From: Macrostomum hystrix
Taxonomy: Eukaryota > Animalia > Platyhelminthes
Reading direction: 5' to 3'
Length of the DNA: 64,000 bases
NCBI GenBank assembly: GCA_950097015.1
Contig: CATNEN010000001.1
Location: 1,922,001-1,986,000 of the forward strand
The position numbers and the translations under genes are program-made. Each line of letters starts with the position of its first letter. Within the stretch, counting starts at the first letter, position 1. Shown here piece after piece: positions 41,249 to 53,018 of this stretch. Below the pieces are notes generated by a model. It saw only the letters and a program-made list of their open reading frames with translations, searched no databases and was not told the DNA's origin.

Positions 41249-42517
41249 ATGTCAGAAGCAGCTTCAGCAGCTTCATCTTTGAATTTGCCGAGTGACTCAA
41301 CGGCTGAAAGAGAGGCCTCTATACTAGCGACTTTCAAGCAGCGAATCGCCCTTCACCTGCTTTCAAAGTCGAATGAAGTTTCTTATCACGATGCCAGCGT
41401 CGCGGAGGACACCGATGAAGACGACGAAGAGGCTACGACTTCGTCTGCGCAAATATTCGCCCAGACTGACGCCAATTTGCGAAGGTGACGGCGGTTATCG
41501 AAAGTGAACTGTTTATTTTTAACTCATATCATCTCCAGAGCGGTTAACTCGTTTGCTTATTGCTAATATAACATAGTCAAAGCTCAATTTAATATACTGA
41601 TTTTACATTTCTACAAACCTGCTAGATTTTCAAACTCAAACAGCCAAACAAAATTTAATCAAAACTGACAAAAACTGACAGATGGCTGATAGCCCGGGAC
41701 TGGAATCACGAAGCTGCTGTCGCGATGTACGAGATGGCAGCCAGTTTCCGACTTCGACATCGTCAGGAGCGACTGTTAACGCCGGCGGCTTATCAGCGCC
41801 TACCGGAAGTTCTACGCCGCTTTCTACCCGGCGGCTTCGTTGGCTTCGATCGCGAAGGTCATCCGGTGCGCGTGGAACTGTTCGGCGCGTTGGACCTTCC
41901 CGGCCTGCTGCGCGCTAGTCGATGGCGCCAATTGCGCCGCGCCAAATTGCGCGAATGCGAAACGGCACTGAGACTTTGTCGTCGGCAGAGTCGCCGACTG
42001 GGCAGGCCGGTGATCGGGATGACTGTCGTCTTTGACATGGCCGGCGCCACTGCCAGATTCCTTTGGCCACCCGGAGTAGCAGCCTACATGCGGCTGGTTC
42101 GCACGCTGGAAGATAATTATCCCGAGCTGGTCCGCCGCCTACTGGTTGTCAATAGTCCTGGCGTAAGTCGATTTGCTCGAGCCTCCAAATCGTCTACCAA
42201 AAATATCACAAAACCGCACCAAACTAACCAATCAGGTATTTCCACTGCTCCATCGAATCTGCCAGCCGCTGTTATCTCGATCGATGCGAGACAAAATCTT
42301 CGTACTAAGCAACGACCCGAGACAGGCAGCGGCTAGCTTGTTGAAACACATCGCCGCCGACCAACTTCCGGCCTACTTGGGCGGCGAATTACGCGACGAT
42401 GATGGCGATCCGCGCTGTGCCTCAATCATCTGCCAGGGCGGCACAGTGCCTCAGAGTTACCATGCCAGCGACGATAATAGCGACGGAAGCGAACAAGACA
42501 GTGACAACGATGAGTAG
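41249..42517 (+). CDS. SEC14-like (CRAL-TRIO) lipid-binding protein
   Basis: Exons: 41249-41484, 41682-42162, 42236-42517. Motifs: DANLRR|WLIARDWN, PGGFVGFDREGHPV, VVFDMAG, LEDNYPELV..VVNSPG|VF, DQLPAYLGG..DDDGDPRC..ICQGGTVPQSY (SEC14L2/3/4-type). Confidence 0.9.
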
Positions 42518-42859
42518 GCTATTGTTAACGATGCTGCTTGAAGCCTTTGTTCTATAGTATGTTAGTTGGTTACATTTTACTAATCTACTCTTACAGATCG
42601 TGAATAAAAAATAGTAGAAATATAAAAAAATTATTTTTTTCCTCCCATTACTCCGTACAAGAAGCATTCACTTAATGTTATTCGCAAGTTGCATACCGCG
42701 TATATTATATAGTTATTTAGTAGCATAAACTGAGTAATGGCTACTGTATTGTTTGCGATATCGCATAAAGTTGTAGACACTGTGCGCATTGTAGTACGCT
42801 AACAAAAAGTAACCGAAATCATGCATGGCATTAAACTATGCACAGAAAGTTCTCAGAAA

Positions 42860-44436
42860 TCAACTGCTTGTATCAGTGGACGATGAGTGCAGGCCTGAAG
42901 CTGTGCTCAAACTGTGCTCAACTTTGCTGTCAATGTCAGCGTATGCATAGCCATATTCTTTTATTCTATTGTTTGAGTCACCTCTGCGACTGCCTGAGGG
43001 CATTTGGTACGCGATCGGAGATGCCGAATCAGGCAGATACTGGCGGCCAGTTTCAAGATTTTTTTGGGGCTTACCCTTAACTTTACTAGTATTAATAGAA
43101 TCACTAATGCTGCAGCAGCTGCTGCTGTTGCTCCTAGAGCTAGAGTCCCCCAAATCCTGACTGAGCCGCAGCATCAGTTTCAGCTGATGTGGCCGATCTT
43201 CCCTTGAAGAGTTATTTATTGCGAGACAATTTGGCCGCTCCTCTGTGCTGCCATGTTCTGGTGTATCCTTCGGCGGCGACGCAGGCCGTAGACAACGCGG
43301 TGTCAGCGCCTTCGACGGTGTTGGCGTAGATGTTAGAGGAGACTGGGAGATTTGCCGAATCTGGCTGCTGCCCAGGGCAACGGCGATCTGGGACGGTTTC
43401 AGAGTCGGCGGGTTGCGTTGACAAGGGCGCCTGAAGGAGCTGTGCTGATAATGTTGCTGTTGGTTATATTTCAGTCGCAGACGACTCTGACCGTGAGGAT
43501 GCCTTCGCATTGTGCCCTGTTGCGTTTCACAAGGTTAAAAAATAGTTTAAAGCTATTTTTAAGACTTTTAACCGGTTCACGTTTGTGACCTTCGCCGCAT
43601 TGTTAAACAGCAATTTATGAATATTTAAACCAATAAATAAAGTAATGCGAAATTTTTACTCCTAAAAAATTAAGTAGTTCATGAAACATTTAGCCAAAAA
43701 ATTTCCACTAGCAAAGCAAATAACATACGGTTTAACATCGACGAAAATCGGGCAAGTGTCTAGTCCGTACAAATCCCAATTAAAATGCAGCATCTTAGCA
43801 AAGAAAGCACACTTCGTTACTTAGCTTTACCTTTGTTACTCCGACAAGCCGCGTCAGCGGCGACAAGTTGCTGGCGCTATTGTGACAGTTCCGGTTCGCT
43901 CGCACTTGACGACCCTTTAAGCTGTGACCGTCAGAATCGACCTTGGTTTTCATCGCTTTGCTGCTCTCCTTCTTATCCTTCCCATCTCCCGCGTCTATAC
44001 AATTCGCTGCCTCGGCTAATTCCAGGATGGCTGGAAGGTTCCACTGGTTGGGCAGAAGTGGGCGGAGAAACTGTTGGCGCAATCGTTTGCTGATTCGCTC
44101 ATTGATGTTTCTGCCTTGGGATTCAGCGGCTGCATCGTTGGCTAACGTTTCCTTGTTTTTGTCTTTGTTGCTATCAGTCGATTGGCTCTTGACGTCGCTG
44201 GTGGAGCTGCGTTTATTCCTAGCTCTGCCTTGGTTTCGTTTTCGTTCAGATTCGATAATTTTCAAAATCTCTTTGTCCTGCGCAAGGGAGAACGCGTAAA
44301 AAACCACTGAACCGATTAGGCAGGCTAAAAGTGCGACGCCGGTGGTCACAATAAGAAAGACAAGAATGGGCGAATATTCTTTAGTGGATGTCTTGACGAC
44401 ACTTGATGACGGAACGTCAGGAAACCTAGGCGGCAT
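42860..44436 (-). CDS. Orphan single-pass membrane protein, probably two exons (44436-43831 + 43516-42860, about 420 aa) with long low-complexity tail
   Basis: Two long ORFs are joined in phase 0 by an AAG|GTAAAG donor (43830) and a CAACAG|GGC acceptor (43517). TM segment ILVFLIVTTGVALLACLIGSVVFYAFSL. Confidence 0.6.
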
Positions 44437-44789
44437 TAAAACTTCGCTTTTAGCTTGGCGCTGACAACTAATTGTTTTGATCTCTTGTGTCGCGTCTGTC
44501 CCTCTTCAAAAAGTAGAAATGTGCTAGCAAAACGACCTTAAATAAGCGCTTTGTACCACAGACTAAAGCTATCATAGAACAACCAGTAGATAGCTTAGAG
44601 TCGTTGATTTGATCTAATTAAACATAATTCAAACATTATAAGACTTCAGCAACGTATTATGGTATAAACGATCACTCAGCGATAATGGCATGTCTATGGC
44701 ACAAACTGCGCCAATCCGCCATGAGCCAGAAGCTGACAAAATTTGGACGCTTATATTTGTTTCTTTTAATTATCAATTAAAGTATTTTA

Positions 44790-45027
44790 CCAACCGGTAA
44801 AGCATTATAAGGCTTCAGGCCATAGACAAATCAACTCCCCCTATAACGCCGTTGCTTGTCGACCGACAGCCGCCATATAGCGTTATAGGGGGAGTTGATT
44901 TGTCTATGGCCTGAAGCCTTATAATGCTTTTACCGGTTGGCTGCCTCGCAGTTAATGGCGATTACGATCTCGGCGCTACGCGCCTCGATCGACCGCCATT
45001 AACTTGCTCGGCACCCAACTGGTAAAG
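44790..45027. mobile_element. Fold-back / MITE-like palindromic element
   Basis: 59/60-bp near-perfect inverted arms at 44790-44848 and 44881-44940. An overlapping second stem-loop at about 44928-45027 is capped by GGCGC-TAC-GCGCC. Confidence 0.75.
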
Positions 45028-45439
45028 TTCCATTATTGAACAGCGACATCGTTAGTCAATGCAACTTAACGTTAAGTAAACAATGGACACGGGCAGTTCT
45101 TTAGTGAAAATGCTTACTTTACGATCGAACACATACGGCCCATTGTTGCCTGGTCTCGGACAAGAAGCATTGCTATTACGACGGTTTAACGCTTTCGGAT
45201 GCAGTGGACCATTGCTTAAAGAGAGACATTAGCTAATTGCCAACAGATATTTTTAATACGGAGCTACAGGACGCCACTTCGAGTTTATAATAATACAATA
45301 ATATTTGCAGGAGGGCATAGTATTTGGTGACACTAGACCCGCAGCCAGCGAGTAGGCAATTCTGCCCTTTTCGCTGGCTCCTGAGCACACAGATACCGTA
45401 CGCATGCTCATTCTCACACATTATTAAACACGTACATAA

Positions 45440-45747
45440 TTCAAAATTTATCAGCATGTCACCCGAATGTGCCTGCATTATCTCCGTCTTCGGCGGCCAC
45501 CCACCTTTATCTAGACAGACTGCTGGACCTTCAAGGGCTACAACAGGTGGAACTAGGCCACTACGGACGCCCTGACGCGAATTTCTCCAATTTCACTGAT
45601 CAAGCCTAAATATTAGGCGCAGCTCAACCACAGGACACCGTCGCCTAGTCTGTCAACCAACCAGTCACCACCCAACGCTGTTAGCATTCAAGCGCTGCCA
45701 AAAAATCTGCCACTTGGTATAAACGGGCGGCAAAATGGTTTGGTAGT
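45440..45747. repeat. Dispersed repeat, copy 2
   Basis: Colinear with 10801-11095. Confidence 0.85.
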
Positions 45748-46517
45748 CCTACTGTTAATAAGATGCTGAACAAATGCCCGTTTCTTACCTATTTTAGATC
45801 AAAGAACAAAAGAAAATGACACTTTCTATAGCATTTTGTTTATTTTCGCGCGACCCATATGAAATATGAAAAATCATATTAAGGACACATGAAGGGTGTG
45901 AATAATTAACGAATGCGAACTTTTTATTTGAAACATTCGGTTAAGTAATGATAACTTGAATTAGTTCTGACAAAATGCTCGGCATTGGCTATATTGTTTA
46001 GCTGAAATTACAGACAGGCACATCGGGGGGGGGGTAATAAAATGTTGACTATCATTCATTCAGTATGCAGAGTAACCTTAGCTATTAAATTAATAGAAAT
46101 TGTTTGGTTTAGGTACCACTATAGTAATGCAATTCTCAAACAGTAGGTCCATATGAAAGTACGAGTAAAAAACAGAAGCAATTAAGGAGTTAAAGTAAAC
46201 TCTGATTCGCTAGATATTAGAGTAAAAAGAGTAAATAGAACAAACGCCAGTAAATATTTTAATTATTATGATCGAAAAAATTACGGGAGTTGCGGAAATT
46301 TCGACAACAATGAATTGTGATCCACTATGACTTAAAAGTTCATTCTAAAGATAAAATACGGTGGAACATTATTGTATGTGCAACTGATTTAGAGACTGGA
46401 ATGATTTAGAAAATCACGAGTGTTTCAAGATTTCTTGGAATCGTTGTTACTCTACTACAATTTTCGACAATGCAAATTGCTTCAAGACGCGATGTATCTT
46501 GTCAGCAAGTTCGATTC

Positions 46518-47845
46518 AGGGCGCCTTCGGGAATTTGGGAGGGTGTCTTGGGGAATTCGGGAGGGCGTCTTCGGAATTCGGGAGGGCGCCTTAGGGAATT
46601 CGGGAGGGCGCCTTCGGGAATTTGGGAGGGTGTCTTGGGAAATTCGGGAGGGCGTCTTCGGAATTCGGGAGGGTGCCTTCGGGAATTTGGGAGGGTGTCT
46701 TGGGAAATTCGGGAGGGCGTCTTCGGAATTCGGGAGGGCGTCTTCGGAATTCGGGAGGGCGTCTTCGGAATTCGGGAGGGCGCCTTCGGGAATTCGGGAG
46801 GGCGCCTTCGGGAATTCGGGAGGGCGCCTTCGGGAATTTGGGAGGGTGTCTTGGGGAATTCGGGAGGGCGTCTTCGGAATTCGGGAGAGCGCCTTAGGGA
46901 ATTCGGGAGGGCATCTTCGGGAATTCGGGAGGGCGCCTTCGGTAATTCGGGAGGGCGCCTTCGGGAATTTGGGAGGGTGTCTTGGGGAATTCGGGAGGGC
47001 GTCTTCGGAATTCGGGAGAGCGCCTTAGGGAATTCGGGAGGGCGCCTTCGGGAATTCGGGAGGGCGTCTTCGGGAATTCGGGAGGGCGTCTTTGGGAATT
47101 CGGGAGGGCATCTTCGGGAATTCGGGAGGGCATCTTCGGGAATTCGGGAGGGCGCCTTCGGGAATTCGGGAGGGCGCCTTCGGGAATTTGGGAGGGTGTC
47201 TTGGGGAATTCGGGAGGGCGTCTTCGGAATTCGGGAGTGCGTCTTCGGAATTCGGGAGGGTGCCTTCGGGAATTTGGGAGGGTGTCTTGGGGAATTCGGG
47301 AGGGCGTCTTCGGAATTCGGGAGGGCGCCTTCGGGAATTCGGGAGGGTGCCTTCGGGAATTTGGGAGGGTGTCTTGGGAAATTCGGGAGGGCGTCTTCGG
47401 AATTCGGGAGGGTGCCTTCGGGAATTTGGGAGGGTGTCTTGGGAAATTCGGGAGGGCGTCTTCGGAATTCGCGAGGGCGTCTTCGGAATTCGGGAGGGCG
47501 TCTTCGGAATTCGGGAGGGCGCCTTCGGGAATTCGGGAGGGCGCCTTCGGGAATTCGGGAGGGTGCCTTCGGGAATTTGGGAGGGTGTCTTGGGAAATTC
47601 GGGAGGGCGTCTTCGGAATTCGGGAGGGTGCCTTCGGGAATTTGGGAGGGTGTCTTGGGGAATTCGGGAGGGCGTCTTCGGAATTCGGGAGGGCATCTTC
47701 GGGAATTTGGGAGGGCATCGTCGGGAATTCGGGAGGGTGCCTTCGGGAATTCGGAAGGGTGCCTTCGGGAATTCGGGAGGGTGCCTTCGGGAATTCGGGA
47801 GGGTGCCTTCGGGAATTCGGGAGGGCGCCTTCGGGAATTCGAGAG
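46518..47845. repeat. G-rich minisatellite, 21-22-bp unit (GGGAATTCGGGAGGGCGCCTTC and variants)
   Basis: Visible directly; intergenic. Confidence 0.96.
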
Positions 47846-48493
47846 GTCGTCGCGGGGAAGATTCGCAAGGTTGACTTCTGGGATTTGGGAAGGCACCATT
47901 GAGAATTTGTGGATTAGCAGCTATCAACCGTCACTGATCTATGGGCCTCGGTTCCTCATTTCCTCTCGTCCTGACTGCCTCCCATCTAAAGTTACGGACC
48001 AAGGACAGCGAAATATCGAATTATATTTATATTACAGCGAATTAAAGTGAAAAAACCACGCTATTTTTGCCCTGCGGAGAGACCATGGTGGTATTTCCAA
48101 TACCCACTGCCCACTTCTCGATAGCTTTCAAACCGAATGACCGATTTTCGTGAAATTCTACCTAACGGATCAAAATCCCCCCCTTTGCGATGAACTAACT
48201 TTCAAAGCCGTCTGACGTTGGCATCGTCGGGATATTCAGCTATTTGTCGAAGACTCTTGTGAAAAGGACAACACATACCCTCTGTATGGCGAACCCATAT
48301 TGGTTAAAAGGAATAAACAAAATAATTAACAACAATAGCTGACATTTCGTGATTCTGGAAGTTTTTTTCATCGGAAAGAGTCGAAAATTTTAGCCTCTTG
48401 TGATTCGGAATTTCACGGGGAAAGTAAAAAAGGTGGACATTTTAAAGACCCCGAGATACGAGTTTCTACTGCTAATAGTTGTTTACGCGACGC

Positions 48494-49416
48494 TTATCGC
48501 AAGTCTCTACTATAGTTCGCTGTTGCAGTAGTAACTGTGGCGCGTGACGATGCAACGGATCGCTGTTTGCGAGCCCTGGCGGCGACGTGAGTCCGATAGT
48601 GATGCCTGGTAAGGCTGCCAGACTGTGAGAACAGCTTACCGCAGACGGCGCATTTGAACGGTTTCAAACCGGCGTGAACTCGCATGTGAGTAGCCAGATT
48701 TGAATTGCGCGAGAAGCCCCTGCCGCACACGCTGCACTTGTGCGGCTTGTCGCCCGTGTGACCAAGAGTGTGCACTTTTAGGGCCCAACGCCTGGAGAAT
48801 GTGCGACCGCATCGTTCGCACCTGACAGATTGTTGTCGAAGTTTGCATGCGTAAAACTAATAAAAACTACCATGTCAGAATTAAAGTCAAATTAAATTCT
48901 ACTAAAAATCTACCTCTAAATCTTAACTAAAGTGAAATGAAATAACGTCTGAACGTCTTTCGTTGTCGGTTTTCTACGTGACGTTGTCATGAGAAACCGG
49001 GAGCTATCGCAAAGAACCTACCGATGCTCCTGCTCGTGCTCAGCTCTATGGCGTCGTCTGCCCGGCGGTGCTCGCACGGCCTTGTCCTTGGCAACCGTTG
49101 CAGTGGTACCTCGACGTTTTCCGGCAATCGCTGATGGCGGCGGTTGCGGTGGCGGCATTAGTTTAATAAGCAACCTCTGCTGCTGCTGACGTTGCAGCTT
49201 TTGCTGCTGTTGCTGTAGCTGCTGTTTCTTAATTGACAATTCTTGTTCAATCTCAGGTGTGTAGATTATGAAGTCCTTCAGGTCAACCTGTTCAGGTCGG
49301 TCATCTTCTGAACATTGTTCGCTCTCTTCACTGCTGTCACTGTCCTCGCCTTCGATCACAAAGACTGCCGCACAGGGCCAGCTAGTAGCTGCAGCAGGCG
49401 CGGACAGCTGCGCCAT
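48494..49416 (-). CDS. C2H2 zinc-finger protein (3 fingers), 2 exons
   Basis: Exons 49416-49022 and 48821-48494 join in phase 2: HR|CERCGRTFSRRWALKVHTLGH-TGDKP-HKCSVCGRGFSRNSNLATHMRVH-AGLKP-FKCAVCGKLFSQSGSLTRHHYRTH. Acidic and poly-Q N-terminus. Confidence 0.9.
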
Positions 49417-50790
49417 TCTTGCTGATGCACTGAAATATTTGTCAGTTTTAAATGAATGTGCGCACAGCTATTTGCATAGTAATACTTTCATTTCTTTATA
49501 GATAAATAATGAAAACCTAAATGCATATATATTTTTTATATTGGCCAGTAGTAATCGAAATATTAACATATAAGTTATATTAAAGGGTAGTTCGAATACA
49601 TTGAAGACGAAGAGGTCTCAAGAATGAACTATTTAAAAGCTAGCTTTTATTTGGAATATAATTGTCAAACTACTTATTAAAAGTTGGTTAGATTAAAAGT
49701 CTAGATTTATAAACAAAAATGTCCGCCTCAACAAGTACATAGGCCAGTTTATTTTATAAGGTGTTTACCAGCATTTATAATAAACTTATAATTGCTATAA
49801 CAAAAAGGCACATTTTTCTCCACAAAGTCGTCTAAAAACAGTGTTGTCGGTTTTTAACCTGTACCATACCACCACTTGTGTGATGACTTATAGAGATTAT
49901 TCTTGAAAAGTGGTGATAACTTCGGCCCAATATATTCATTGCATAGTCCAAAGTCCAATTCTAATACAATTCCCAAATACTTTTTATTCCAATACACGAA
50001 AAATCTAAAAAATGAAGCTGATGATGGCATTTTTTGAAGCGCAACAACTGTTACTTTGAGGTTTAAACAGTAGCGTAGCTAGTGGGAGGGATCCGGGATA
50101 TATCCCCCACAATTTGCTAACTTATCAAGAATGCGAAGCAGCGAAGGTACAAATCGCAGCACAAAAATCACACTATTTCTGTTAGTTTAAACATGTTGGT
50201 CGATACGGAAAACAATAATGTTCAGCTTTAAAACAAAAGCTGCAAAAAAACTGAAACCAATGTGTATATTCACGCACATTTAGTCCGTTTTTTAGCGACT
50301 TTTTATAAGAAAAAAAATTTAAATAACAAACGAAGTATATTTTCTGTACAATTTAAAAGACTTTCAACCAGTTAGACGACGTAACTTTTTACTAAATAAT
50401 TCAGTTTGTAAATTGTAAAGATGTTAAATTGAGTTTTGCTTTCTCACACCTAAATTACATTAGATAGCATTGTTCTACTGAATGTCATGTTTCAGGTTTC
50501 GTATAGCCAAATAAATAGCTAGGTAAATTTATTAATAATATATCAGGCAATTAGTTCTCTAACTTGGCTGGCTATGGCTTGTTGTATGTTGTACCTGTAG
50601 GCTGTAGGACCTGAAAATCGCATTCACTCGTGTCTTTTAATTTAAGTTTGAGCCTATAACTAGACCTAGCTATGTCTCAACTGAAATCACTGTGAATAAA
50701 TTGGGGATGATAGACTAACTACATTTGAACTATCGATGCTGTATATGAAACTAAAAAGCAAAGAAACATAAATCACTTGAATCTTGCTAT

Positions 50791-51993
50791 GGGAATTCCA
50801 GTTGTTTCAGCCACGAGCATTTTCGGCCATAGTCCTAACCATTTTGGCTCAACACTGTTTCAGCCTAAAACCATTTTGGCCCACATCACATGCTTTAATT
50901 TGATATTTTTGATACTTTTTACAGAGGGTCCTTGTGCAATTTATGGACTTAGATGAACAAAACAAAAAAGAAATATGAATTAGGCCTAACTCATATTATT
51001 ATCGTTTACCCTATTTACCCCTACCCTACTGGGTAATCTACCCAGTAAATTTTAACATAAGAGTTATAATGTCCATAACTGCCATGCACTTAATTTAAAT
51101 ACTAGGTATAGATAGCTGCATTGCCATACACTATTTTAGCTCTCTGAATACAAAAGAACATTAGTGCACTTTTAGTGCACAAAAGGCAATAGTGCACTTT
51201 CATTCGCAAAATTATTTTTCGTTTAAAAGTGAAAGTTCGAAACCAGAAAACAATAACAACAAAAAATTGATGTCTTAAACAATTATAATGATTGTGTCAG
51301 AGCACAGTCTCTCTTTTTAGCTCCCTGGTTGCTGAACTTGCCAACTTGTCATTGTGTTCTAGTGGTGGACACAGAGCTTGTCACTGGGCACTGTAGTAGT
51401 GGCAAATCCAGAAAAGCATGTTTCCAAAAGCCCTGTTTGCTCTGAACAGTCGGTGCCACATAAACTCCTGGATGTGGCCCTCGAAGAGGGCATCGCTTGT
51501 TCCATGCATGGCCCTGAATTTGGCCTTGCAATTTGCCCACATTCCCTCGATTGTGTTGGTGAGTGTTGCTTAAACTTATGAGTTTATGTGGCACAAACAG
51601 CGACTAGGGCTAGTGTTACGTTCCGTGGCTTGGTGACAAGCTCCATGACCAGTGAGCTAACTCCGTGATCAATTTTTTTCCTTGTTATTGTTTTCTGGTT
51701 TTGAACTTTCAAATTTAAACGAAAAATAATTTCGCAAACAAAAGTGCACTATTGCCAAAATCTAAACCTTAATTTTCACAAAAATTTAACCAGATGCAGC
51801 TTAAATCTTTTGTATTTAAGCATCAAATACTTTCTAGTTTTTTAGTAAAATTCATTTAATATAAATAAAAACTTAAGAAATTGACAATATAAATAACATA
51901 TTGTAATTGTATTCTTTCTACAAGTGGGCCAAATCAGTTTCTGGCCAAAAAAGTGATAGCTAAAAAGATTATGGCCAAAACAACTGGCTGCCC
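50791..51993. mobile_element. Non-autonomous TIR DNA element with 6-bp TSD (TGCTAT); hosts a nested Merlin-type element
   Basis: Left end GGGAATTCCAGTTGTTTCAGCCA versus right end reverse complement GGGCAGCCAGTTGTTTTGGCCA. Subterminal TTTTGGCC-type repeats. TGCTAT at 50785-50790 and 51994-51999. Confidence 0.7.
51185..51756 (-). mobile_element. Merlin (IS1595/ISXO2-like) deletion derivative with about 85-bp TIRs and transposase C-terminal fragment
   Basis: TIRs GGCAATAGTGCACTTT... / ...AAAGTGCACTATTGCC. Minus strand 51569-51381 translates to ATLTNTIEGMWANCKAKFRAMHGTSDALFEGHIQEFMWHRLF..*, matching the TNxIEGxW..K..HG..EFxWR motif of IS1595/Merlin transposases. Confidence 0.8.
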
Positions 51994-53018
51994 TGCTATA
52001 GCCTAGATGCACTGGAATGCGGCATTGGGCACAATTCTAATGATTTGTTTTTTCTTGGCTATGCCTTGCTGTGCACATAATTTTTCTATAGCTATAGTCA
52101 GGAATATTAAAATTGATATAGCAATGCTTGGCATGCTGTGCACTTTGCATTCACTACGCTGTGCTTGAGCACAAAATCTTCCAAAAATCATTCTGGGCAC
52201 CATGTGCAGATTCTCAACTTTTTCCTATAATGTGTGGATAAGCTTGCTTAGCTGAGCAGTGGCTGTGGGGGATATCTTATCACTTCAGAGTTATCAACAT
52301 CTATATGCAACCTGTCATTAGACCCTAGTGATAAGCAATACTATAAGTAGCGTGGGTAGTATATTGTTCATTGCATCAAACACTAGTCTAATAAATCAAG
52401 GTTTTTATTGGTTTACTTTCTTAACCAGCATATCTTCTTAGTACCTTAGGAGCAGGTACCTGAGTACCTCTAAGCAACTATAATAGTATTTTTCTAGTAC
52501 TTAGGCAACTGCTTGGTTTGGTCAATCTAAGTAGGTGCCTTGCTATTTGATTGGAACTTTAAATTAGCCAGCTATTGGTCATAGTAAGTTTAGAAAAAAT
52601 TAATTTTTTCAAAGTAATTGTACAGTCTTGATTCTTGTTTTCTCTAAATCCTATTTTAAAGATTTAAACTAGCAAATTATTTGTGTGACTAATTCTAAGC
52701 TATAGTGCCTCTAACTCTTCTTAAAATGTCAAAATGTAGTTGCATACCAGATCCTATGGTGGGCCTAATTGTAAAAATGCTTTTTAAGTCCTTCAGTATT
52801 ATTTTAAAGGCTAATTACAAGTATTTATTACTAACTTACAAAAAATTCTTGATTATATAATCCATGTATGAATATTTCCTCCAATTATATAATAGTTTTT
52901 ACTTGAACTAGGCCTATTGCCTATTATTCTCTACAAAACTAACTTCAGCCAGTTTTGCCACAAAAACTAAATACACAATACAAACTTAATAAGCGACAAT
53001 TGACATTAAAGTATTACG

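Noticed and set aside
46420-48050. Long ORFs (up to 526 aa) on both strands
   Set aside because: They are by-products of a stop-poor G-rich minisatellite, with overlapping frames on both strands and no domain.
51349-51594. ORF-track peptides of 81 aa and 67 aa
   Set aside because: Wrong frames; the meaningful frame is the Merlin transposase fragment at 51569-51381.
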